Source: Geosiphon pyriformis uo1 (taxonomy: Eukaryota > Fungi > Glomeromycota). Taken from it: a stretch of 24,338 nucleotides of DNA. The stretch covers positions 1-24,338 of the forward strand of contig JAAOMT010000325.1 in NCBI GenBank assembly GCA_016748015.1. Direction: 5' to 3'. Below the pieces are notes generated by a model, which saw nothing but the letters and a program-made list of their open reading frames with translations, did no database searches and was not told the DNA's origin. Positions 1 to 10,956 of this stretch are shown one piece after another. The stretch's first letter is position 1, and the number at the start of each line of letters is the position of its first letter. The translations under genes and the position numbers were made by a program.

Positions 1-734
1 TGTGTTTTAAATCTATAATGGATTACAAAATTAATAATCAACTTGTTTTCTAATTAAACACTGAAATACTAATAAAATATCTCAAGTTTTTATCATAATA
101 AAATACAGTTATTTTAAATTAAAATTTGTTCAAATAATAATGCTATTTTTTAAAATGCTTGGAATAAAAGCTAAAAGTTTTTTATTATAATTAATTTTTG
201 TTAAGTAAAATTTTGTAAATAAAAAGTTATTGAATGTAATAATTCACTAATATGTAATTGGAAAAAGAAACAGCGCCCAAAGTATAATCTAAAGCATTTT
301 TTTATAATATATTATTTGAATTTGCATGAATCAAGATAAAGACTAAAGTAAATGGTTTTCAAGTATTGAAAATGCTTAATCGGCAGCATTATTTTATTTA
401 TGTAATATTTGTTTTCTAATAAGTTTTTGCAAAAAACAGTTACTTGGATAAATTAAAATAAACTATGAAAGTTCGCAAATTGAGGAAAACAGTATAAAGT
501 CAAAATAATATCAATTTTTTAGATTTTATTTTGATATTCAAGAAATTCTATTTGCTTTTAATTAAAATTTATATTTTTTTGTTTTTATAAAAAAATTTAT
601 TTTAACAAAATATTTTCACATTGATTGAATATAATAAATAAGGTTTTTTAAAATACTAAAATATTTTCAAGTAAATTATTACAAATTAATTTACATGCTT
701 TCAAAAATTATTATTTATAACATATTATTTTAAA

Positions 735-2100
735 GAAAGCATAATAATAAGGCTTTGCAAGGTGTTTCTGTATGTGAAATTTGATTTTTATTCATTCTAT
801 AATGGAAGAGTTTCTAAATGATAAGGCATAATGTAGTATGAGTAGAAGAGAGAAGATTGAACTAGTATAAACCCAAAAGGCCATCTAGAATTAATGCTTA
901 TGCAAATTTAAGAGTCCAATCGGGATCATTATATGACTGTATAGTATAGTCGATAAATCATAAATTACAATTCACGAGATTAAGTATAAGTAATTGAAAT
1001 CAACAATGATATCTGCTAATTTAATTATTGGAAAACTATCAAAGTGTATTAAAATTTTAAATAAGCAATGATAATCATCAAAATAATCACAAATTCCAAA
1101 GCACTTTGAATTAAAAAATTGATTAATCAATTATAAAGAGAGTTAAGATTTTACTTTCATGATATGATATTATTAATTGGTTCAGAAATTAGTGTTAATA
1201 TATATATTTCAAAAATTCGGATTGTCATTTTTCTTTAAAATGGGTAATTATAAATGAGCTTTAAAGTATCTTTTCAGAATTAAAAAATTGAATTTTTGAA
1301 ATTTCGAAGGTAAGTAATGGAAACGAATACAAATTCCTTTACAAACTTATGTTTTAAATATTCCTATCTTAAAATATTTGCTGCCGAATTAACTATTGAA
1401 TTAAATTTAACTAGATAAAACTCATGTTTAGAAAGTTATTTTAGACAAACGAGTTATTTTAACAGCAAGATTTATATTACCTTCTAAAAATCTTATAAAA
1501 ATAAAGTGTAAATGTAAAGATTATTCATTTTTCGATATTTAAATCTCGTGACCTTTTTTCTGTTCCCAATTTTTGATTGGCCCCCTAATTAGTAATATTC
1601 AAAGTTTTTGTATATCACCAAGGTTTTGGGTTTAAAAATATAATAAGGCAAACTGTCTTAAGGAGTAAGGCGCGACACTTAAACAGATAACCCCACCTAG
1701 GGTTCAAACCCTGTGTGGGGCTAAATCTAATATATATGTCCGGAATGACGTAAAACTATCACGTCTGGATATGACGTAAAACTATCTGTCGCTGGAAGAC
1801 GACACTAAAAACCCCGTCCCATCTGGAATGATGTAAAACTATCCATCCGGCTATGAGCTAGCAATGATGATAAAGAAAATCTGAGCGTGATCTTCAAAAT
1901 AAATAGTTTTTTTATTAAAAAATATACTTTTGTTTACTTTCACTATTGCTTTTCTTTTTTCTTCTTAGACTCATAAGACGTCCATGAACAACTTTTTAAT
2001 TTACCTCGACTATTTGTTTTTTTTATGCAAACGAATACTTTCACTATTGGTTTTCTCTTTCTAAACAACGTCTCTAATGTTAAAACTCATAAACGAGTTT
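735..2100 (+). repeat. Dispersed repeat family, copy 1 (best preserved at the module end; probable non-autonomous/decayed mobile element)
   Basis: Reverse complement aligns by eye with 5237-6410 and 22862-23790. Examples: 1612 atatcaccaaggttttgggtttaaa vs 22900 tttaaacccaaaaccttggtgatat; 862 ctagtataaacccaaaaggcca vs 23648 tggccttttgggtttatactag. No convincing ORF. Boundaries approximate. Confidence 0.88.
1647..1862 (+). other. GC-rich SINE-like module: tRNA-like/Pol III B-box head plus 4 imperfect GGAATGACGTAAAACTATC units
   Basis: TAAGGCGCGACACTTAA (1666-1682) resembles a tRNA-Leu D/anticodon region. B-box GGTTCAAACCC (1701-1711) sits in hairpin CCCCAC-C-TAGGGT[TCAA]ACCCTG-T-GTGGGG (1691-1720). 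Units at ~1742-1760, 1767-1786, 1794-1812 (degenerate) and 1825-1843. The SINE interpretation is inference. Confidence 0.5.
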
Positions 2101-2470
2101 ACCGTTTATCTGAAATCTGTTTTCATGGTTTTTTTGCCATTATTCCTTTTCTCTTTTAGCTTATTATTGACTCGTGCTACCCAAGGTGAAGAAATACATT
2201 TATCAGAAACAAGTTGTCCAAATAGCGGCTGATAAATTTATTATAATCCATCCAACTGAGTAGACCTGCAAATATGAAAACAGCGAATCCGAAAAACAAT
2301 GCCTCTAGGAGTAATTCTTATAAGGTAAAAGCTTTACAACGGTCAATAATAATACAATATATGGTAACATTTTAATATTAGAATCTCTAATAGGACAGTC
2401 TTTAATTAAGAAATTTGATTTTATAACTGTAACGATTCTTAAAATTTAGTTTAAAAATTGAGATGCTCAT

Positions 2471-3340
2471 TTCTTTTTTTTTTTTGCTTAAACGGTGTGA
2501 TCCATGCTTCTTATAAACGTGATCAGCCACCTGAGCCGATCGAAACCACACTATTTTATACCCATTCATTTAACGCCGCTCAGAGAACTCAAAAATCCCT
2601 GATTAATCAAATCCTCCACAGAAGGTTGCCAAATCTTTACACGGTGCAGATTCATGAACATCCTAACCAAACCCTCAACCCTCGGATTTAGTTGAGCTGG
2701 GATCCTACTTGAATCAACAATCCATTCCTTAAAAATGAACCTTTTAACCAAATTAGCATACAAGTTCATCACCAAATCAGCGCATTCCACCAAATCGGGA
2801 TACATCAACGAATGCAAACTTGGCAAATGCTAGACCGAATCCAAGGTCTCGTAAGAACATCTCCCAAACTCCGAACATTCGCGTGCGATATCAACTCTAG
2901 TGTCTCTATCAGCACAGTAGACAATTCCACCTTACCGCACTTCACTGTCATAAACTTTTTTCTCTCAGCAACTAGCAAAAGGCTGTGTCAAGTCCTCATA
3001 GCGTATGTATGGAAACCAGCCATTTTTCGGCTCGTCGTTCCCGATTTCAGATGCGAATCTTGATGCCATACTACTGTCGTACTTTCCCAATCGATTCCTA
3101 TGCACTATGCATGGTTATAATGTCGAGCCTCTTGTGCGCCTGGTCTACTGCCCCCCCCCGTACACATTTGAGCGTGTCATAAATGCCACAAACGTACCGC
3201 CTAGCGATGTGCGAAATTGGTACACCGAAAGTGGTAACTTAAAAATTTCTTGAGAGATTGTGACGTAAGGGTTCTACCACAAGTACCAGATTCCCCAGCC
3301 AACCTATCTGCCTTGTCATTGCCCACATCTCCTAAATGGT
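2471..3340 (-). mobile_element. 5'-truncated, frameshifted 3' end of a non-LTR (LINE-like) retrotransposon: RNase H C-terminus, downstream ORF2 region and A-tail
   Basis: Minus-strand translation from 3338 gives HLGDVGNDKADRLAGE, the RNase H HxGxxGNxxADxLA motif. From 3095 it gives IDWESTTVVWHQDSHLKSGTTSRKMAGFHTYAMRT*HSLLLVAERKK, then LYANLVKRFIFKEW...IWQP (ORF 2566-2826). The element ends in A12 on the minus strand (T-run 2474-2485). Stops and frameshifts are present; no TSD seen. Confidence 0.8.
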
Positions 3341-4180
3341 TTGTATTTGAATTTGTAACCTATTTAACCCTTTTATTTAAATTAAAAAGTTACAAATAAA
3401 AATTCAATCTTTATTATTTTAGTATAAGTTTTTTAAAATTGTTAATAATAATAAGAAACTTTTGTCAAAATATAAATAATATTTATTATTAAAGCCTTTG
3501 TTTTCTGGTAGTTAAATATTTAATATTAAAATAATAAAATCTTGTATTTAAAATAAAAGTTTCTAAATGCTTTGATAAAATTAATTTAATGAGGATATTG
3601 AAAAAACCATTGAAATAGTACAATGCAAAATCAATTTGTAGAAGTTATTAAAGACTAAAATAAATTTATGTAGGAATTTTTGACTTTTCTAACCCTTTAA
3701 TAAATCCGATGTCATCTTAATTCTTGGGTGAATGTGGAAAATCCGAAGTTTAAAGTTGTTAATCATGATTTTCCAACTTATTAAGATCTTGGTAATTGTA
3801 GCTGAAATGAAAAAATATACATGAACAAAAAATGCCCATGCACATCTTCAAACACCATAATTTTTTGGTTTTTTAAATCAATTTCTCTTTTTCTAAACCA
3901 GTGTTTTTGCTTTTTAATTTATATTAATATTTTGCGAGCATTATTACATACCATAAAGTCTCTAAAATAAGCACCTTTTTCTTCAAGCTCAGAAGTCTTA
4001 AAAAAGTTGAATAGTTACCTTTTAAAAATTCATATTGTTAGATAAAAAATATATTTATTATTTATTTTATTAATTTTCTAATTCTAATTCTTCAACAAAC
4101 ATACTATCTTCTTTCAATTAAATCTTTAATTTCATCTCTTTTATTAATTTCTGAGCCAGAAATATATAATAAATTATCTT

Positions 4181-4200
4181 NNNNNNNNNNNNNNNNNNNN
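4181..4200. other. Assembly gap (20 N)
   Basis: Run of n in the sequence; true distance and orientation across the gap are unknown. Confidence 1.
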
Positions 4201-4371
4201 AATATAATAATAAATAAAATAAATTGACCTAAAAAGCTTGTTTTTGTAAATATATATGTAAATATTAAAAAAAAATATGAATGCCAACACCAAAAGGTAT
4301 TTTGATTAATTCAAATCCAATTACATGTTTTTTAAAATAGAAAATTTTATAATAAACCACTTAAGCATTCA

Positions 4372-5235
4372 TTAATCCTGCATAGTTAAAAGACGACTTG
4401 AATATGATGCACCGGGATGAACATTTATCATAGATTTAATTCTCTCATTACTTTTTACATTTTTTTTTATAAGCCTATCTGATTCTTCAAACTGCACCCT
4501 CTCAAAACATTTATCTGTAGAGCTGCTATCATAAATTTCAATAAGTTGACACAACTCGAGACAAACTTCCAAAGCAGTAGGGCGATTCTTGGGATTAGCA
4601 TTACAACACTTTTTAATAGTTCAGCGATAATAGGTAAAATAAAAAGGGAGGTAATATTTGGTCTTTTGTTATTTATAATATCATTTATAAGAAATCGGTC
4701 ATGAGAAAAATTATGAAAGAGAAGGTTTCCAGTTGTCATTTCCCATAATAAAATCCCGAGACTATAGATATCACCAGACATTGTGAAATTTTCACCTTGG
4801 ATAACTTCTGGTGGAATATATGGAATCACTCCAAATATCCCTTTTTTTTTACTAATTCTTTGTTTACAGGTTTACTCAATTCAAGGTTTCCAATAAGCAC
4901 ACTAATATCATTGATTTGTAAAATGTTTCCCATGTGTAGGTCACAATGAACTATACCAGCAGAATGTATAGATCCAAGCTCACCAGCAATATTAAACACT
5001 ATAATTTATTCCTCCAAGTAATAGTATGAAAATTCGATGATAAATATCTTCCCATATCTTCATGTTTGGCAAGACGCATCGCGAAACCGTAATCGATTGT
5101 TTCAGGATTTTGTGTAATTCCTATTATTAAAGGGATATACATGATTATCATTGCTAATAACTCTTTGGACATTGATCTATTAAAAAGTGAATAAATAGAT
5201 TTGAATTTGAGATTATGATTTTAATTACCTCATGA
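4372..5235 (-). pseudogene. Tyrosine-kinase-like (TKL) protein kinase pseudogene of the expanded Glomeromycotina type, 5'-truncated
   Basis: Minus-strand pieces in shifting frames: IGITQNPETIDYGFAMRLAKH, IHSAGIVHCDLHMGNIL (catalytic loop), IGNLELSKP (DxG motif lost), GVIPYIPPEV, GDIYSLGILLWEM, KKCCNANPKNRPTA, HPGASYSSRLL. In-frame stop near 5010 and frameshifts. Residual GT..AG intron ~5228-5177. The N-lobe start is replaced by repeat copy 2. Confidence 0.88.
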
Positions 5236-5236
5236 A

Positions 5237-6960
5237 AAACTCATCTTATGAATTTAAATATTAGAAAAAAACAAAATTGTACTTTTTAAGAAAAAACTGT
5301 TTATATTGGAGATCATGCTCAGATTTTATTTATCATCATTCAATTAGTATTGTATTCCATCAACAAATAACTTTATGTTATTCTGAACATATATATTAAA
5401 CTTAGCTCCATATAGGGTTTGAATTCTAGATAAAATTATCTGTTTAAGTGTTATGCTTTCCTTTTTAAGACATTTTGTTTTATTTAATTTTTAAACTCAA
5501 AACCTTGGTAATATCTAAAAACATTGAATATTATTAATAGAGGGCCAATTAAAACTTGAAAACAGAAAAAAGGTCACAAGATTAAAACATAAAAAATAAA
5601 TAATCTTTACATTTTATAGCACTTTTAGAAAGTAATATAAATTTTGCTATTAAAATAACTTGATTGTCTAAAATAACTTTCTAGACATAAGTTTTTTCTA
5701 GTTAAATTTTATTCAATACTTAATTTATAGCCAATATTTAAAAGTAAGAATATTTAAAACATAAGTTTGTAAAGAAATTTGTATTCATTTCCATTATATA
5801 CTTTCAAACAATAAAAATTCAATTTTTTAATTTTGAAAAGATACTTAAAGCTCATTTCTAATTACTCAATGAAAAGAATTAACAATCCGAATTTTTTAAA
5901 TATATATAATAATAATAATTTCTAAAGCAATTGATAATAACATATCATAAAAGTCAAATCTTAATGCTAAAAAAACTCTATTATTATTCAATTTTTAAAT
6001 TCAAAGTGCTCTGGAATTTGTAATTATTATCAAATAATTGGTTTTTTTTATGACAATTTTCATTGCTGATTTAAAATATTAATACACTTTGATAGTTTTC
6101 TGATATTTAAATTAGCAGATATTATTGTTGATTTCAATAACTGTAAGGTCACTTTTATTACTTATACTTAATCTTGTGAATTGCAATTTATAATTTATTA
6201 ACTATACTATACAGTCATATAATGATTCTGATTGGACTCTCAAATTTGCTTAAATATTAAATTCTAGGTGGCCTTTTTGGTTTATACTAGCTCAATTTTT
6301 CTCTTTTATTCATACTATGTTATACATTATTATTTGAAAATTTTCTATTTTGGAATAAATGAAAATAAAAACTTCATATATAAAAACATCGTATAAAGCC
6401 TTATTAGTATAATTGCCGCAAAAATCTATCAAATAAAGCAGTTAAAAAAATAATTGACAAAAAAAACTAAAACAGCAATGCATTGGCATATTTTGCAGCA
6501 TATTATAATGTAATTATTGTCTTGAAATTATTTTCAAAGAATTTATAGACATTATAAGAGTTAATGTTTATAATATGCAAAAACTCAATAACTACTCTTT
6601 TTGCAAGTTTTTAGTATTGAATTATGTAAATAAGCACATCTTAAACTCAGAAAAATAAATATTTCACAAGCAATTGATAATTTAGAATAGTTAAGTTTTT
6701 ATTTTTTTATTCGAATATAGATATAAATTATAAATTATATAAAGAATTGCAGATGGTTGCCTTTAATAATTTTACTTAAGGATAATTATATTCAATACTG
6801 TTGAGCTTTTCTTTTTTCTATTAGGTTTATTTTTTATTCCTAAAGAAAGAATTAGTTTAAACTAGAACTGAATTCAATATAAAAATTAAAATAGATAAAA
6901 TAGTATTCATCTGGCTTCAAAATAAGGTTATGTTTTATTATTTCTTTAATTTTGGGTATT
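5237..6960 (-). repeat. Dispersed repeat family, copy 2 (heavily GC>AT mutated; inverted relative to copy 1)
   Basis: Gapless 107-nt alignment of 5366-5472 (rc) to 1654-1760. Colinear with 22862-24338 through tagtattcatctggcttcaaaataaggttatgttttat (6901) vs tagtattcatccagtttcaaaagaaggttatgttttat (24271). May extend further right. Confidence 0.88.
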
Positions 6961-9550
6961 ATTAATATTAATTTCTATATTAATGTTAAGACTACTTAAC
7001 TCTAGTGAAATATTTTTAGTGGAAGCTGGACATTTTTGCTTTTACAGCTAAAAAAAGACACTAAGAAATATTTTTACTCTTGGTTAGCCAATATAAAGCT
7101 TAAAAAGATATTAAAAATAAGTATAAAAAAACAGCATATATGTAAATTTAAATTTTTTTAATAATTTTAAAAAGCAAGTAATTTGCTATATTTTAAAATT
7201 ATAACAGCTTATATATGTCTTTCACGAAAAGTAATATTATAAAAGTTATTTCTTAAAAAATAAATTTCAGGAATTTTCATCATTTTATATTTGGATTATA
7301 AAAGAGCCATTCATCATAAGATGTATTTTTATAGCTGTATTTTTTCTTCAAGCAATAGATATTCTAGAAGATTCAAAAAGTTTCAACACATTATTAAAAG
7401 ATATATTAATACTTATAATAAAACAGTCTAGTATTATGAACCTAAATTAAATTACCATAAACTTAAAATTATAGCTATACTTTTCTTGAATATAAAATAT
7501 GCAAAGTTTTCAAAGATTAATATCTTTTAGTTTATTTTACAAATTCTAAACTTAATTAAATTTTTTTCCAAATGAAAATTATTATTCTCTTTTGAAATTT
7601 ATTGTATTACACTACTTTAAAGTTAATTAAATACCAACTTTATTTTACAATTATTAGAAATATAAATTATTTAACTTAGAAATAACCAAATTTTGGATTT
7701 TACATAAGATGTAACTTATAAAAAATTTAGAAAAAGTATTTTAAATTAGTTGCAACTCTTCAGAAAATGGGTTTTAAAATCAAAAATATAAAGAAAAATA
7801 TTGCTGGTATGTTAACACAACAAAAAAGTTTACAAATAGTAAAAAATTTTAATTTTTACACAAAATTTACAACAAATTAAATACAAAAATTGGTCAATCT
7901 TATAATTATAACAATTTAATTTTTTTTTAGAAAAACAAAATTTTTCTAATTCTGCTAAAACAAGTTTAAAAGTTTAAACAATGAATACATACAAATTTTC
8001 ATTTTTCTTGAATTGGTTTTTTATTATTAAAAATTTGTAAAAAACCAGTTATTATTAAAACAGATATCAATAAAAAGTTTTTCATATTCTAAAGAAAATT
8101 TACTCTTAAACTAATTTTAAAACAAATTAATTTAAACCAATACTTTATTTTTTATACTAATAGATTTGATTATTATTTATTTCATAAAAAAGTAGCGATA
8201 AAAAAACATAGCTTATGTTAACAAAAGTTTTTTTTGATTAAAAAACTCATTAAAAATAAGTTATTTAATTTTAGTAAATACAATTATGAAATTCAATATT
8301 ATATAACTAACTATTAGAATGCCAATGCTTTTTTAAATTAAAAATTTAGTTATTAAAACAACCAACATAATTTTTAACAAACTGTATAAATTAAAATACA
8401 TTAAATTTTTGGCTAAAAACAACACTTTTCTAATTATATTTAACAGCAAAAAAAACATTTGCAAAAATTTGGAACCAATTATATCAATAAACTGAAAAAA
8501 TTTTAACTACTTTCAAGAAATTACATAATTTGAAAGACAAAATGTATTTTAAAACATATATAGATATTTTAGCTAATATTACCAAAAATATTTGTAAATA
8601 TTTGCTTTTTGAACTTGTAAAAATTTCAAATTTTAACCCAAAAACCAAATTCTTAAAAAATTGTAACCAATCTAAACTTTTCAATTCTAAAATTTAAAGA
8701 TCTAATGTTGAATTATTTTTAAGCCTATTAATTTATATTTTTTCAAAAGATATTTTCTTAATTGAATATTTAATTTTTAAAAAATAAGTAATTAGTTTTG
8801 TAATTCAATTATAAATAAAAAAGTTCTGAGTGTTAAAATTTAAAAAAACTAATTTTAACTGAATTGACAATTTATCAACTTTGAAGTTACAAGTTTATAA
8901 AAACAAAATTTCAAAAAGATTTTAGTTTTTGTAAATAATAATTTAGACAAAAATTCTGTTTTAGTATTTGTATTTATTTTAAATATTGAAACTTTTAAGC
9001 TATTAATTAAGTTTATTTAAATACATTTTTAAATAATATTTTGAGTTTTAGCTCTATTATTTTTGTAAAATTTCAATGAATTTTTTTAAAATAAATGTGA
9101 ATATAGACAAATAATTGAATAATTCATTCTAAATTTAATTTTAACTGATAATGCTAAATATTTTATAAAAGCGAAATTTTTTTAAAGATATTAACTTGTT
9201 ATTATTAGATTATTTTAAAAATATAGACCACACAATGTATTAAAATTTGTAATATTTGTCAAAAGAAATTTTGCAATATTTTTTGAACAAATTTTTAACA
9301 AAATTGAAATTATAATTTTTGGACTTTTAACAATCATTCTTAATAAAACAATATATAATTACTGTTACTATCTTTTGATAAAATAAAATAAAAATTATAA
9401 CAATATTCAATTAAAATATTATTTTAATTGTCGACTTTATTTTTGAAGATATTATTGTAAATTATTGATTGGCATATTAGGGTATTTTTAAAGTCTTTAA
9501 TTAAATTTTAAATATATTTAATTTGATTTTTGTTAAGAGTTTTTAATTAG

Positions 9551-9866
9551 ATTTATATTGTTCTTAATTATTTTTTGTTATTTGTTAGCATGTTACTTTG
9601 ATTTATAATAATAATAATAATATTTAATTATATTTGTAAACAGTTATAAATTAGATTATAATAAGATAAAAATTAAATATATATTTAAATAACTAATAAT
9701 TAGATAATTTATTTAATTATATTTGTAAACAATTATAAATTAGATTATAATAAGATAAAAATTAAATATATATTTAAATAACTAATAATTAGATAATTAA
9801 TACAAAATAATAATAATATAAATCAAAGTAATATGTTAAAAAATAAAATAACTAAAGACATATAAA
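9551..9866. mobile_element. Fold-back/MITE-like element with imperfect terminal inverted repeats
   Basis: TGTTACTTTGATTTATA (9591-9607) is a 16/17 inverted match to TATAAATCAAAGTAATA (9817-9833). Weaker inverted similarity extends outward ~35-40 bp on each side. No clear TSD. Confidence 0.55.
9621..9798 (+). repeat. Tandem duplication, 2 x 89 bp
   Basis: 9621-9709 and 9710-9798 are identical except one G/A (aaacagtt vs aaacaatt). Confidence 0.95.
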
Positions 9867-9944
9867 GTTAAGTAAAGTTTAATTAAGAAATATATTTAAT
9901 ATATAAGTAATTGAATTATTGTAATTCATTTTAAAATTACAACT

Positions 9945-10225
9945 GTTAGTTACAACAGACATCCCAAAATCAATGATATGAATTTCACCTTTTTCATTAG
10001 TCAAGATATTCTCTTGTCAGTTATCATGTGAAGAATATTATAACTATGAATAGCCTTTAAGGCCTCCAAAGCTCTATACTTTTGGTTACAATTTACCTTA
10101 TGGTGCTTCAAAGTAGTACCAACAACAGTTACACCCATAAAATAGCCCATCCCGTATCCATAATAAACGTGACCAATTGGAGAATATATATTCCTTGAAT
10201 TTTGACAAGATTTTTGTATATTTCA
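9945..10225 (-). pseudogene. Frameshifted kinase-like domain fragment (Glomeromycotina family often found C-terminal in Crinkler-like proteins)
   Basis: Minus strand, with several frameshifts: KEIEIYKNLVKIQGIYI / YGYGMGYFMGVTVVGTTLKHHK / ALEALKAIHSYNILH / QENILTNEKGEIHIIDFGMS. These correspond to the HxDxxxxN and DFG kinase motifs. Confidence 0.8.
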
Positions 10226-10956
10226 ATTTCTTTTCTTATTTATACGCGCCTTCTCACTTCCTATGCATAACGCAATCCAGCCTTCGTATCCAAATAAGGG
10301 AACCGTGGGATATTATTCAACAACTAATAATAAACTACGGAATCGAAGGGAATTAACTATCTTTAGTTTAAATAGGGCGACTCCGATTTAGTGTTTTGAC
10401 TAGTCGATGGGTCGTCACTTTATTTATCCTAACTAATTAAACAATAAAATCTCGTTTTCAAATAATTAATTACAGACTCGCTTTGTGCTTATTCAGCGTA
10501 CTTGCTCTCAGGTAATGCTTTTACAGCCTGGTAGCCGTTTATTTTTCCTTTCAACACTTAATAAGGTTTAAGGAGTTACCTGGCAGGTAATTAATCATAA
10601 TCGACGATGATAGAAATATAAGAGTTCAAAAGATCGTTTCTTATTTAGTATAAGGGATTCGTGGATATATTTATCCCATTTTATTTGTTTTCAATAATCA
10701 ACACATCGAACATTCGAACATGTCGTTTGGATGATGGGATATTGTCTCTTTATATAGCTTTTGGGCCGTGGGCAGAAAATCGGGAACGCTAGCGTGGCAG
10801 AAATTTAGGAACGTTTAACTAAATTAATTATCGGTTGATTCAGCGTGTCAGATTTTGCACCATACTATTATGGGCTGTATGACCTGGCAGGTAAATAATC
10901 CAACGCACGTGGATAATATAGAGAGTGTGCATTAAGCCATTCTCATCCCTTGAGAC

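Noticed and set aside
1647-1722. Functional tRNA-Leu gene
   Set aside because: No acceptor stem or anticodon stem pairing can be built; only the partial head and B-box resemble tRNA.
1742-1843. CRISPR-like mini-array
   Set aside because: Linkers are only ~6-12 nt, the units are imperfect, there are no cas genes and the context is eukaryotic.
1840-1862. Helitron 3' end (CTAG at ~1858-1861)
   Set aside because: No proper subterminal hairpin or following T, and homology between copies continues past it.
1935-2100. Short direct repeats TACTTTCACTATTG and ACTCATAA about 100 bp apart
   Set aside because: Best explained as a small local duplication at the end of repeat copy 1; no independent function evident.
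2458-3253. Plus-strand ORFs 2458-2691, 2812-3063, 2985-3182, 3005-3253
   Set aside because: Antisense shadows of the minus-strand retrotransposon relic.
8484-8684. 66-aa ORF in the AT-rich tract
   Set aside because: F/L/K/I-rich composition typical of random AT-rich DNA; non-ATG start.
10576-10590. U1 snRNA (TTACCTGGCAGG matches the U1 5' end)
   Set aside because: The match is 12 nt only, lacks the preceding ATAC, and no U1 stem-loops are recognisable downstream.
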